Assembly: GCA_023213395.1 (NCBI GenBank)
Contig: CM041465.1
Coordinates: 152,155,741 to 152,219,740 of the forward strand
Origin: Cycas panzhihuaensis
Lineage: Eukaryota > Plantae > Cycadophyta
DNA: 64,000 nt
Direction of reading: 5' to 3'
Made by a program: the position numbers and the translations under genes. How positions within the stretch are numbered: position 1 is the stretch's first letter; every line of letters starts with the position of its first letter. The notes under the pieces are model-generated. The model searched no databases. It had not been told where the DNA came from and worked only from the letters and a program-made list of their open reading frames with translations. Positions 35,501 through 47,954 of the stretch are shown here, piece after piece.

Positions 35501-37235
35501 CTTGTCCAAACTCTTCAAAATACCAGCTCAGCTGAGGATGCCTAGAAACTACTGGCAGAAGTTCAAGAAAAGGGACATGAAAAAGTGCAAAGGAGTATCA
35601 AAAGGACAAAGAACTAAAGGAAGAATTTGAAAAAGAAAGCTAAAAATCAGCTTTATTCTGGTAAGGACACTCGTCATATAGATTACAAAAGCAAATGAAT
35701 GGGAGTTTGATAATCTTTGCCTAAGCCTCACTAAGATGACAGGAAACTTCACACCTAGGTTTGATGGAAAAATGGAAATTGAAGAATCTAAATTTCAACC
35801 TCTATAGGTAATTCTTCATGGAGATACAAATATATTGATAGAAGGTATGTGCAATATTGTCCTAGTTTATATTGACAGATTTGTAGCCAGGATTCAAATG
35901 AGGTTGGGATACACATTGATATGCATATGTTGGAGATTATCTATGATTACATTCAATTCAGTCATATCTTCTATCTTCATCTTTGAAATAATCCAAATAG
36001 TGGCAGTGTATCCTACAACAACTCTAAAAGGCTCTTTTAAGGAAGGAAGGATCATAGGAAATATATAATATGATCAAAATCTTGGTTGTTAAGATCATAT
36101 TATATTTTGGATAGGCTACTTGATCATTAGGTTCAATCATATTACAGTAATGTTCTATCTTTGTAGAACCATAATCAAGAAGTATGTACATGTGGTCATC
36201 ATGAAAATACTCATTATACTTAGTTTAAGTAATTTCTTGGGTAATATGGAGAAAATAGGGTATCTTGTTAGTGATGCATATATAACAGAACAGGCTATAG
36301 GAAACAATGATGAAACAATTGAAACTCATCTTAATGAATTCATTACTTCAAGGGAGGATGATATTGTCTCACCACTTGATGACTTATCATCATATTTGGA
36401 TATTGATGATATTGTCAACTTATCTCCAGTTGTTGACATTTATTTGTTTAATCACTCACATGTTGAAGAAAGTGGAAGAAAACAGGTGGTAACCAGAATA
36501 ACTTGAAGACACCTTTGATAAGTACATTCAGAAACACCTAACATGTCCTCACCAAGCACAAGTCAGCTCAAGCTTTATCTACTACACATTTTGTGTAATA
36601 AAAGGTTCTCAATTGCACATGAAGACAAAGAAGACAAAAAACCATCACTCTAAAGGACTACTCTAAAGGTGACATTGTAGGATTGAAGACTAAGATCAAG
36701 TCTAAGACATTGTATTCAAAACTTTTCTAAGATCAAGATGATGTAAATTCAAAGAAAGTAAAGTACATGTTGATCAAACTAGAGTCCATTGTCAAGTGTC
36801 ATGTTAGTATTTAATATTCAATCACTTTTTGTAGTCTTGACATTAAAGATTAAGGGGAGGTGTTAGAGTATAATGTTTAATGTTATGTATGGTTAAGTAA
36901 AGTGTGTCCTAGGATTAATAGTCATAGTCATAAGTTCTAGAGTCAAAGAGTAATTATAATATTGTGTGAGAAGATAGAAGCTTATTAGTCAAGTTAGTTG
37001 GTGTAATGCCATTAGTGAGGATAAAGGTATTAGTCCTACATACATTACTTATCTTGTATGTCCTCCCACCTCTTATATATATAAAGGTGGTTGAGGTAGT
37101 ATATGTCATCAAGTCATCATGGAGACTTATGTTGAGTCTATAATGCATTAGTGTTATGCTTATGTTAATTATGCTTTAGTTATCAATCTTATGGTTGTAT
37201 TTGGAGTTGGATACGTCCCATGTTAAAATATAACA
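32533..37235 (+). mobile_element. Second gag-only LTR element (TR-GAG-like), full length
   Basis: LTRs 32533-32918 and 36861-37235; PBS TGGTATCAAAGC at 32919; PPT AAGGGGAGG; absent from duplicate copy 2 (~50390). Confidence 0.9.
35273..35640 (+). pseudogene. gag: Copia-type gag N-terminal region
   Basis: PLPKYIGTNFHFWEIKIECIFRVMILWKTIMGTE...SAEDA*KLLAE. Confidence 0.75.
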
Positions 37236-38459
37236 ATATTTGTTAGTATGTTTATAATATATTTGCTCTAGCTTTGCTCTAGGTTTATTAGCATACCTAG
37301 TAAAATCCAATACATCTATTTGTGATAGGTATTATGTCCTATTGAATGTGTAGATATTAAAATGTCTTAACATCTAGTTGATAGTCATTACGTTGCAGTA
37401 AGAAATGCCCTTATAGAAGAAATACCTTATACACAAAATATTTGTTATTCCATCATCCATCAACTTTGTTCTCTAATAATAGAGCACACACCTATATATA
37501 TTTCAAAAAAAGGGGGAACCTACATGCCCTTAATTACCAACACCAAAAGAGTAATCATCATCCCACAAAAGCCAAATACCTCCACTATGATCAACACTAT
37601 TATCTTAGAAAGAATAATGAAAAGAAACCCTAAATAAAAATTATAAATGGTGAATTTAACTTTAGGACTTTTTCTTTTGTATAGATTTTTATTAATTAAA
37701 TTAAATTTGATAAATTTTAGAGTCCACCAACCTCTATAGAATAGCAACACAATCACATGAAACTATATTGTGACTATCAACTTGACATAAAAGGGGTTAA
37801 ACACATGTTTTTTCAACCTCTCAACATTTTTAAGTATATGACTTCATTTTATTCATCACAACTTCTATACATAGAGTTAGATTTCAAGTCTAAAAGAAGT
37901 GCTAGAGAGTTAATCCATATGCCTATAGAATGTCTAGTTATGACACATATTAATATTACTTTCTAGCAAAAAAATTAGTTTGAAGTTGAGCCATGGTATA
38001 AAATTATTATTTTATAAGTTTCTTAAATTATTTAAGGCACTTATTGTTATTGATTACAAATCTTTTTATGATGTATTTTTGATGTAAATGCACTCCAAAT
38101 AGGGGATAAAATGAAAATTTATGTAGTAGCCTATAATGTTAGCCTCTTGAGAAGCTAGTTTCATAGAAAAATATTAAAAATATTAAAAGAGATAGACAAA
38201 TTTTAATGTTTTGAGTCACATTCTTATTTATGTTAATATTAAATTGTAAATGCTAGATCATTCTAAGTCTCTAAGGTATTTGTGAGGTCATAAAGCGATT
38301 TTTCTTATATTTTTTCTAATTATAAAGTTGATGAATGATTTAATTCTAGTCATTGCAGTTAATGAAATTATCATAGTCCCACAAGGGAAGAGGTAGGACA
38401 TATTTTATTTTACCTCTCTCTCTCTCTCTCTCTCTCAGTGTGTATATATTCATTCTAGC

Positions 38460-40175
38460 ATAGTTGACTTGGCCATAAGATTGATACACATCAATTAACA
38501 TTGGTTTTATTACTAAAACTCTATGCAGAGAAGAACCCTAGGCTTAAGAGTAAGGGTAATAATATATTTCTAAAGATGAAATAATCTTGGTTATCATCAT
38601 GATGGCTATTTCTAACTAAGCCATGACAGTAAAGGGATCATCCAATGCCACCTAAGAAGCCTTTAAATAGTGGGATTTTAGAGTCAATGCATTAAAGGGC
38701 AATACATTAGGCTAATGAAAGCATATTAAGATAGGTGTATAAGAGGGGCATATTGCTAAGAGGTGGGACAAGAGATAAGATCAACAAAATATTAGTAGGA
38801 AGCAGATTATTGATGCTAGCAACTATTGAAAGTGAAGGAGGAACTATGATAGTAGAACCAACATAGAGATAAATAAAGCCAATGTATCTGAGTTTAAAGT
38901 TATTTTGATGATAATTAAGGAGAACTCTAACTTGGAGAAAAAATTTAGAGGGTGTGAGTGATAATGAAAATAAGGCAAAGGAAGCTCTTAAGACATCTTA
39001 GAAAATTTATCTCATAAGGAAATTTATCTATGTAAGTGTGTGTATATAACTTTCTAATGATTTTTTGATAGCCGACGTAACTCGACTACGTTACTTGACT
39101 TAAAGTTACTTAGATATAATGCTTGATTTGAAAGGACAAATGATGATGCATGGATGGACTGCTTTCTTGAAATATACAAGAGCTAATGTAGCATATGTTT
39201 AGGAAGTCTAATAGGATGAAGTATACATATCGTAGATGGTGTAGCAGATGTCACCCAAGAACATAAGAGGATAGAGTGTAGATGGCATAGATGGTGGCAT
39301 TCACAGAAGTTAAGAGATTACAGATGGTCAAATATATACAGGACATGAGACGTAATATGGGACATACGTAGTGAAAAGAATAGAGAATGAAAGAAGGTCA
39401 AACAGGACGCGAACAATATATGCAACGAGATAGACTAGAAAAATAGCAATGAGAATGCCATAGTGATGGGAATGCCACAATAATAAGAATACAGTGATGA
39501 GAATACCACACCACAGCAACGAGAATATCGCCAATAAATAGTGACAAGAATATCGCCAACAACGCAGTAATGAGAATTCAATAATGACGAGAATTTAGAC
39601 AAGACGAGAAATCAGTAATGAATGAGAATATATCAATACATACTATATTTAAATACATAATATCAATGTATAAGGGTTCCATCTGTTATGGTGATGAGAT
39701 AGGCACGGTACAACAATGGTAGATGAGTTATAGAGAACAGCAACAGAAATACTACAGACACCTGAGCCAAGCAGAATATGGTCACATTATTTAGAAAGTT
39801 AATGAAATGGATAAATATGATTAGGTTGGAGGAATGTCAGCTCTGATACCACTTATTATGGACCTTTTTCATAACTTGAGGAGGAGACCAAATATTAAAT
39901 GCACTAGAGAACTTTGAAAGAGATTTATAGTCAAAAGACCATACAATTGATTGATAAAATTAAGTGATGTCTAAGAATACAATGAAAGCCATATTTATAT
40001 GAGTATAATGGACTCTTCACATAAAATTCACAACCCTTCCTTATGCATCTTTTCATTTAATGAAGAATTAGTTAGTCCTTAAGGAGGTCTATAACAATTC
40101 TACAGGGTCATTAGGTATGCCAATCCACTAAGGGTAGGCCAGCATGACCTAGCACCATTGATTGGACCTCCAACA
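38460..40175 (-). mobile_element. Truncated minus-strand LTR element (5' LTR ~39854-40175, PBS, decayed interior)
   Basis: GCTCTGATACCA at 39840-39851 is a reverse Met PBS; LTR-like block ends CCAACA; left limit uncertain. Confidence 0.55.
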
Positions 40176-40204
40176 ATGATCATCTACTTGTGCACGACCT
40201 ACAT

Positions 40205-40540
40205 GCTCTCATACCATGTTATAAAATGTAACTAAATCAAATAAGATCAATAGGATCTTTCACATTAAGCAGATATCAAGCAAGAACAGATCACATGGTA
40301 TACTAGATTGCTATGGGAAACCCTTATAGGTGAAAACCCACAAAGAATAATAATTTACATTATGACAAAATGGTATATTACAGAGTTAGACTTTGATTTA
40401 TATTTATAGATCTAAAGTGCCAAATATAATTACAATTTACATCCATCAACTCACTACACTCGAGAATATTTTTCACATAATTAGGCATATAAATATGGTG
40501 GCCCAATTTACATTAGTCACTATGGATACATATTCCAACA
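40205..40540 (-). mobile_element. Minus-strand 5' LTR (40217-40540) with PBS
   Basis: TGTT...AACA termini; GCTCTCATACCA at 40205-40216. Confidence 0.65.
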
Positions 40541-43500
40541 CAAGTTATGTTTTCTTTCTTAATTATACACTAATCACTTGGATAAGTAAGAAAATACAAT
40601 CACTTGCTCTTTCTAAAATTGAGGCTGAATATCATACCTTAACTGAACTTAGTAAAGAAGCTTTATGAATAAAATATATCCTTAAAAAAAATAGATTTCT
40701 TCTTCGTAATTATATATTAATTAATATTGATAATTAGGGTGTTATTTCTATTGCTACTAATCCTATTTATTATTGTAGGACTAAATACATTAAACTTCAT
40801 TAATATTTTATTTATAACTTAGTTAATTATGGTAATCTTTAACTCTTGTATTATTTTATAAATATACAAGTTACAGATATCATGCCCAAATCTCTTATTA
40901 AAGTTAAACTTATGAAGTTATGACAACTCCTAAAAGTTGAAGAAGCCTCCATTAAAGGGGGATCTACATAATAACATCTTCTTTAGCTCTTGCATTCCCT
41001 AATTCAATATTAAAGGGGAATGTTATAATATTAAAGTATTAATATATTATGTAATATTATCTATTAAATTCAGTTAAATAATCTTTAATATAAAGTTAAT
41101 TATTAAATTATAAAATTTTATTTTAATATATTATTATAAGATAATTAGTAAATCTATTTATTTTCTATTATTTAAGTAATGGATATATATTATTTATCTA
41201 TTTCCTTATACAAGGTGGAGGACATTATGCACTTTGATGTATTTCTATTATTATTAATATTACCTAACTTTAAAGTTTTTTTTTTTTTTTCCAACCTGTT
41301 GGGTTTTTCTACCTTAAATCTAATTTATTTCTTTATGTGATTACTATGACCTTATTTAATCTATTTATTTATCTAATTCTTATGCATATGTAATGATTCC
41401 AATAGTTCTAATAGTTTCAATAATAATAATTTTAAAATTTCAATCATAAAGATTCCAAAATTTTCTCCACTAGCACTCTTATTATAGGCATACTTGCAAC
41501 AATTCTACTTAAAGTGTATTTATCTTTGTGGAAGTAGATCTAATTTAGGATCACTTCAATTGTATAGTTTTCTATGATTTTTTTCACTTCCATCACCACC
41601 TTAGGTGGATAATTTTTTTACTTTTAACTATACTTCTTTCCTATGGAACTTGTAAATAACAATTGCATTTAAGCAAATATATTTTAAATATCTTTTCAAC
41701 ATGATCATCTTAGGTATATAAACAATAGCCGTAATGGTGTGAATTTAGAACACCTTAATTTTCTTTATGGACAGTATATTTGGATTTTATGATATTTGTT
41801 GGTGAACCTACTCGATATATAGATAATGGTGGTCAAAGAGAGAAATATGAATGACTTTATGTGAATCTACATATGGGAGAAAAACACTAAAATGTGACTT
41901 TGACATCATTGTTTTCTTAAATGCACCAACTCTTTTCATCTCACCTAATTTTTATTGTGCTCACATTTTATTTTTTCTTTGCTTGAAATCATATTCTTAT
42001 AGAGCAACTATTGTGGCTTTTAAGAATGTAAATTTAGTCTTATGAATTAGGCCATCATTCATTTTATTTGGGCATTATTAAAGGATTTAAGTAGGTCAAA
42101 ATCAAATAAAAGGCATCTCATTATCATCTCAATCAAGAGGTTTCTAGTTAGGGTTGCGATGCCCTAAGAAACCCAAGGAACATCACTTACTTATCTAAAA
42201 TCATATAAATAGTATGCACTTATCCTTCACACATGCTCTTATATCTTATTAGAAGATAACTTGCATCTTACATGGAATATTAGTGCAGTTTTCATATGGA
42301 TAACATGCATTAAGGCTCTCATGTTTCTCATAAACACTCCTCATTAATATAATAGGGTATTAATATGTAGTATAATGTAATATATTATAGTTCATATTGC
42401 TTTAAATCAATTTAATTAAATTATAGGTACTATATTGGCAAGGAAAATGTGTTAATCCATCAATTCCAGTTACTATATAAGATTATTAATATTAATCCCA
42501 AGTAATTATTCCATTTTATTATTTTCATGTCATTATTGTATTCCTTCTTAAATTTTCTAAAGAAATGATACTAAGGGTGCATGTAGAACATTGGAAGCTA
42601 TATTCTTGGGAGCATACTATCCATTTGCAAGTTTCTTAAGAGTAGCCAACCTTGCTTATTATGGAGAAATTATATATCTTAGAGGGTTATTGAGCTCAGG
42701 TATTAGTGTTTAATGTGGCTAAAGTTTCCATCTTTCTCTTTGATTTCTTAAGTATATTATATATGTTTGAGGTGACACTAAGCTATTTAAGTTATTTGAA
42801 ACATCCACCTATTACTACTTTAAATGGTTTTCTAAGACTTAACACAAAGCATTTAAATTTTAGTAATTTTAATATAGAAAACCATAATGTCTTTTTCATA
42901 CATTGATGAATTCTATTTGAACCAATTTAAACCACATTTTGTAACATCCACTTATTACATCTTATATATTTCTTTATTCATTGTATTATATATCTCATTC
43001 TACATTTGATCCTCCTAAGTTTCATTGATGATATTATCTTGATTATCCTTTTATTATAAAATAAGAGCCTAATGAAATACCTAATTATATGTGAGGGGTG
43101 CACCTTGGTACATTTTATATTTTGTAGTATCACATTATGTGACACCACTAATGAGATGCATATGTGATCCCAAAGTGGAGTGTGATTAGGGAAGAAATTA
43201 ATTACCAATCTTTTTCCTTAAGATCCTAGGGTGTTAGTGTAAAATTCCTAATAACATTAATAAAAGAGTAAGCCCATAAAATGATATTCTACACTAACTT
43301 ATGGATACTTTCCATTACTCTAAGATAAGAAGAATAATACTTTTATTAAGCTATAAAAGTCTCCATTTAATGGTGGAGAAAAATAACTAGCAAAGAATAT
43401 GTAAGTTATAATGAATAAATGATACAATAATAACACAAGGGGCCTCCAACTTCTAAGACTCCTTCAATGAAGCTCCCACTCTCCAAAATGGATGCTTGAA

Positions 43501-44622
43501 GTGTTAAAATTTACCTCCTCTATGGTCTCCAAAAGCTTCAAGTACTGCCTCAATGTTGCTCCTAAGTCAAATGTCTCTTACACATAAGAACCAAGTCTAC
43601 AACATCATAAATAAACTCAAGAGGACTCAATTTATAGAAAAAAACCAAAATACATGTTTACCATATGGCATTCATTCAAGTACAACCACCAACAACCAAA
43701 ATGCATGTTATCCAAGTGACATTCATGCAATTCTAAAAAACTGTAGCTTGGTACCTAAGGTTAACAAACTCTAATTAAGCTCAAAGTTGGTACACCTATA
43801 GGTAAATATGTGCCCTTTATATTCTCAAAATTTTAGCTCATTTGGATATCATTTGTACCTATTTTCATTGATTTAAAAATAGTACTTATTTATTATTTTT
43901 CTATTGGCTATAAGAGCTATTTTCTGTGAAACAAGTCCTGCAATCTAATTAAATGATATTTTTTGAACTCCACATTTTGAACACATATAATAGGATGTGT
44001 CTTCTTCCTTTCCATAAAATTTCATATTAGTTTGACACCATTTGCTCCTATTTCTTTTAGTTATTCCAATGCCTAGCATTTTCTGCTTCCTGTAGATATA
44101 TGGTAGACCCTCTTAGATCAATATATCTATGCCTATGTATATGCAAATGTCTTAAGAGTTAGATACTAAATTTCTTTATAATTAATATAATAAACTAAGT
44201 CTATTAGTAATAAAAAAGTGTGGTTGAATTGCTCAAAATAAAATAATAAGGGTTACATAACAAGAGTGAAGGAGGAATTTCTAAAGGGTAGATATGAAGT
44301 GTTGACCCTTAGTGTCTAATCCCTTATTTATGGGCCCATAGGGTCATTAGAGGGGATTAGTAGAGTAATACATGGGCTTAACTTACACATAATACTAATC
44401 CTTTCTCAAGCATTATCAAGAAGGTGGATTAGTCCTAATTATCTTCTTACAACCTTAATGTAAAGAAGTTACACATAAAACAAAGTGGCTAATATAAGAC
44501 GTAGTTGACTTATAATATAAAATAAAAAGGGTGGAAAGTGATTTATGCTTTATACATGTTTTAAAATGACATTTTAAATTTGGGAGGTTATCTTCCTAGT
44601 ATTATACTAGTGTTCTTGACTA

Positions 44623-45462
44623 TATTGGGTGTAATACCCAATTACATAATTACCCTTATGTACACTCTCTCTACATTATGTATATTTTATATTTGAGGTT
44701 GTGACCCATATAGAGATATGTGCCACCTCCAGATTAACCAATGAGGTTCTCTCATTGATGATGAACTTGTATTATAAGTATAGACATTATCATTCATTCT
44801 AATTTAAGTTTTATATATTTCTCTAAATCTTGTGTTCATTTGTCCATACTCCATCTTGTTTGAGCTTCATTGTTATATCTTTAACTCAGCATCACATCCT
44901 TTATATGTATTGAATATCTAAATTCTAATATGGTATCAAAGCACAAGGTTGAATCCTTAAAGGCATTATTGTAGAGCCTTGTGCATGTTATCCTTTTTTT
45001 ATTGTTTAGAATCCTTGTTAATTTTTTTATTGTGTTTACTTTGTGACCTGATCATTATTCACTTGAAAGATCATTTTAAGTTATTTGAATCTAGATTATG
45101 CACATTTTCTATGTGACTACTATTAATATTTTTACGGGTTATTTTGATGTTGCTATAAGGTTAATTTGAAGCCTGTTTTAGAGTATTTTTTGAAGCTCTG
45201 TGAAGTCTATTTTAAACTGCTCATAATAGATAATTTGTATGCATGTGGTATCAAAATAAGAGTATAATTACTATATAACTATCTCCTTTGTATATTAGCG
45301 GGCATATTATAATTGGAATTATTGACAACAATTAAGAGAGTTCTTTCTTACTATCTGGAGGCTATAAGTGACTTGACATTCAAAAAGTATTTGTAGATTT
45401 GTGGGTAAATAACAAAGGTTAAAATATACATCTGCTCAAGTATGTAACCTCTTTGTATTATC

Positions 45463-45542
<80 letters not shown>

Positions 45543-47954
45543 GCCTTCAATAGTTGGCCTATATTTTTATGTAAAAAAAAAAAAAGTTGCAGGTCATCTA
45601 TCAGTCATGGGTTGAGTATGTCTTCCATCCACCTTATTGGGGAATGCATCACTTCCGCTAATTCATCTTAGCCTTAATCCTATGAGAGTTCAATAGATTT
45701 AAAAAATAGAGCAATGATGGAAGTACTAAATGGGTGAGGAGAATATTACGAAGGTTAGTTCCAAGCCATCATTGGAAAAAAAATGGGGTTTGAAAACCCT
45801 TAAAATCTCTTAATCTCTATCTTCTTACTAGCACAACATAAATTTCCTGAATAGAAGACTATTCTTGGGTCTAATTTAGGACTAGTAGATCACAAACAAA
45901 GGCTATTTATAATGGAGATTGGGGCAAAGACCTTCAAAAAGATCAGAAAGTTAGTTTACTTGTATATTTTATTTTGCATAACCCTAATATTCAATAAGAA
46001 GTGAAAGAAGAAGAATAAGAGGCCCAATGTGATGGAGCTAATGATCCTGAGGAGAATGTAGGAGAACATGTTGAGAGAAGCACTGGAAGTGCAGTTGAGG
46101 ATGAATCTCTTCACAAATTACAGATCCTTATAGTAGAGGATGCCTCAACTCTACATCATTCCAAGTCTCTAGCCCATCTTAATGCATAGAGAGACTTCTT
46201 AAAGGTCACTTCATAGGGCGCAGCATAATATTCAATGAAGAGGATGCCATTCTGAAGCTAGAAGAGGCCTATGTTAGATTTAAATTTATGTATCCCAAGT
46301 TCAAGAGCATAGAGAGCATATACAAGTAAAACAAATCCATGGTAGCTGCAAAATATTTGATGGAGAAATGAATAATGGTGACCCCACATCATAATAGCAA
46401 AACCCTAAAAATTAGGATTAATTTTATTTTTTTATTATTATTTTTTTCTTGGGCACATATTATTACTAACTTTGGCAAATGTAAATTTTTACAAAATAGG
46501 CTTAATATACTTTTTGGTTGAAAAAATAAAATTTAATTAGATTTGATACTATTTCAGGCCTATCAAACCCCCTTGGTCATTAACTTCTAGTTGTATGGAG
46601 CACTTATGTGACCTTAGCTAGTAGTGAAAGGGGCTAAGCCCTCATTTTTTAGCCTTTATGGAGTCTTTATCACATTTATTGCTATAACTTAAGTTAAGAG
46701 GATTTATTTTTAGTCTTGTCAGTTATGTTGGATTTATAACAAAGATCTTTTATTTGGCATGTTACTTGATATTGTTTGGAGTTGTTTTGATGTATAAATT
46801 TTATCTTAATTTTTTTAGCTTCTTTAAGCACATACACATGTTTTTAAAGGCTTCATGATATTTGTTGATATGATATACCCTAAATGGGGGGAATAACATG
46901 TACCAAGGTCTCATTTTTTTACTTTATAGAACCCATTTTACATTGAGCTTCATTATATGAGAGAGAGTCATTCATGTTATACTTGAGTTACATTTATCTT
47001 TCAAGTCATGTATTAACATTATTATTAGTTTTTTAGCCTATAAAGGCATGTTGTGAGCCCATGGTGGCATGATGTAAGCCCAAAGAGGTATGTTTTTGGC
47101 CCATGAGGTAATTTGAGACCATAAAGTCATTTGAAGACTACTTGCATTTCCCATATAAGCAAGAGGTGGGACCCCTTTACACCTACTCTTATTGGCACTG
47201 ATAAAACCATGTACACAAAGGAACATCCTATTCAACTAGCTGTTGTAGTGATTAGTGACCCATGCATTCTAGTGGATCGTATTCTATTCATATGGATATC
47301 AATATCTGATTATATTATTGCAATAGATTATGGTTCAACTTATTTGAAGACTTGGCACTTTCCATTTGAAAATTGCTTGCATTTCCCATATAAGCAAGAG
47401 GTGGGATGTCTTCATAGCTACTCTTTTTAGTGTTAATTGAACCATGTATGTAAAGGAAGTTTCCACTCAACTAGCAATTACAGTTGCTAGTTACTCATGC
47501 ATTCTAGTAGTTGGACTTCACTTCATATGAATATTGGTAGCTGATTATATTATTGTAGTAGCATATAATCCAGCATTCATTTAAAGACTTGACACTTATT
47601 ATTTGATGTTATATTTCATTATGTAATTGACTATTACAGGGGGAAAATATTAGGCGTAATACCTAATTACATAATACCCTCATGTACACTCTCTCTATAT
47701 TATGTGTATTTTATATTTAAGGTTGTGAGCCACATAGAGATGCGTGCTACCTCTAAATTGACCAATGAGGTTCTATTATTAATGGAAATATTGTATTATA
47801 AGTATGCATATTATCATTCATTCTAATTTAATTTTTGGCAATTTCAACATATCTTTTGTTCATTTGTACATACTTCATTGTGTTTGAGCTTCATTGTTTT
47901 ATCTTTAACTCACCATCACATCCTTTGTATGTATTGCATATTCAAATTTTAATA
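44623..47954 (+). mobile_element. Duplicate of the TRIM/LARD-like element
   Basis: LTRs 44623-44930 and 47648-47954; PBS at 44931; TSD GACTA on both sides. Confidence 0.9.
45459..45541. repeat. Compound microsatellite (TATC)n(TG)n
   Basis: Directly visible. Confidence 0.95.

Larger units (their letters stand above)
23892..37762 (+). repeat. Segmental duplication copy 1
   Basis: Colinear with 40541-50917 (roughly 85-90% by eye); has extra insert 32533-37235. Confidence 0.92.

Noticed and set aside
39440-39635. CRISPR-like repeat/spacer pattern
   Set aside because: Units are short and degenerate with no unique spacers, no cas genes, and the context is eukaryotic TE DNA
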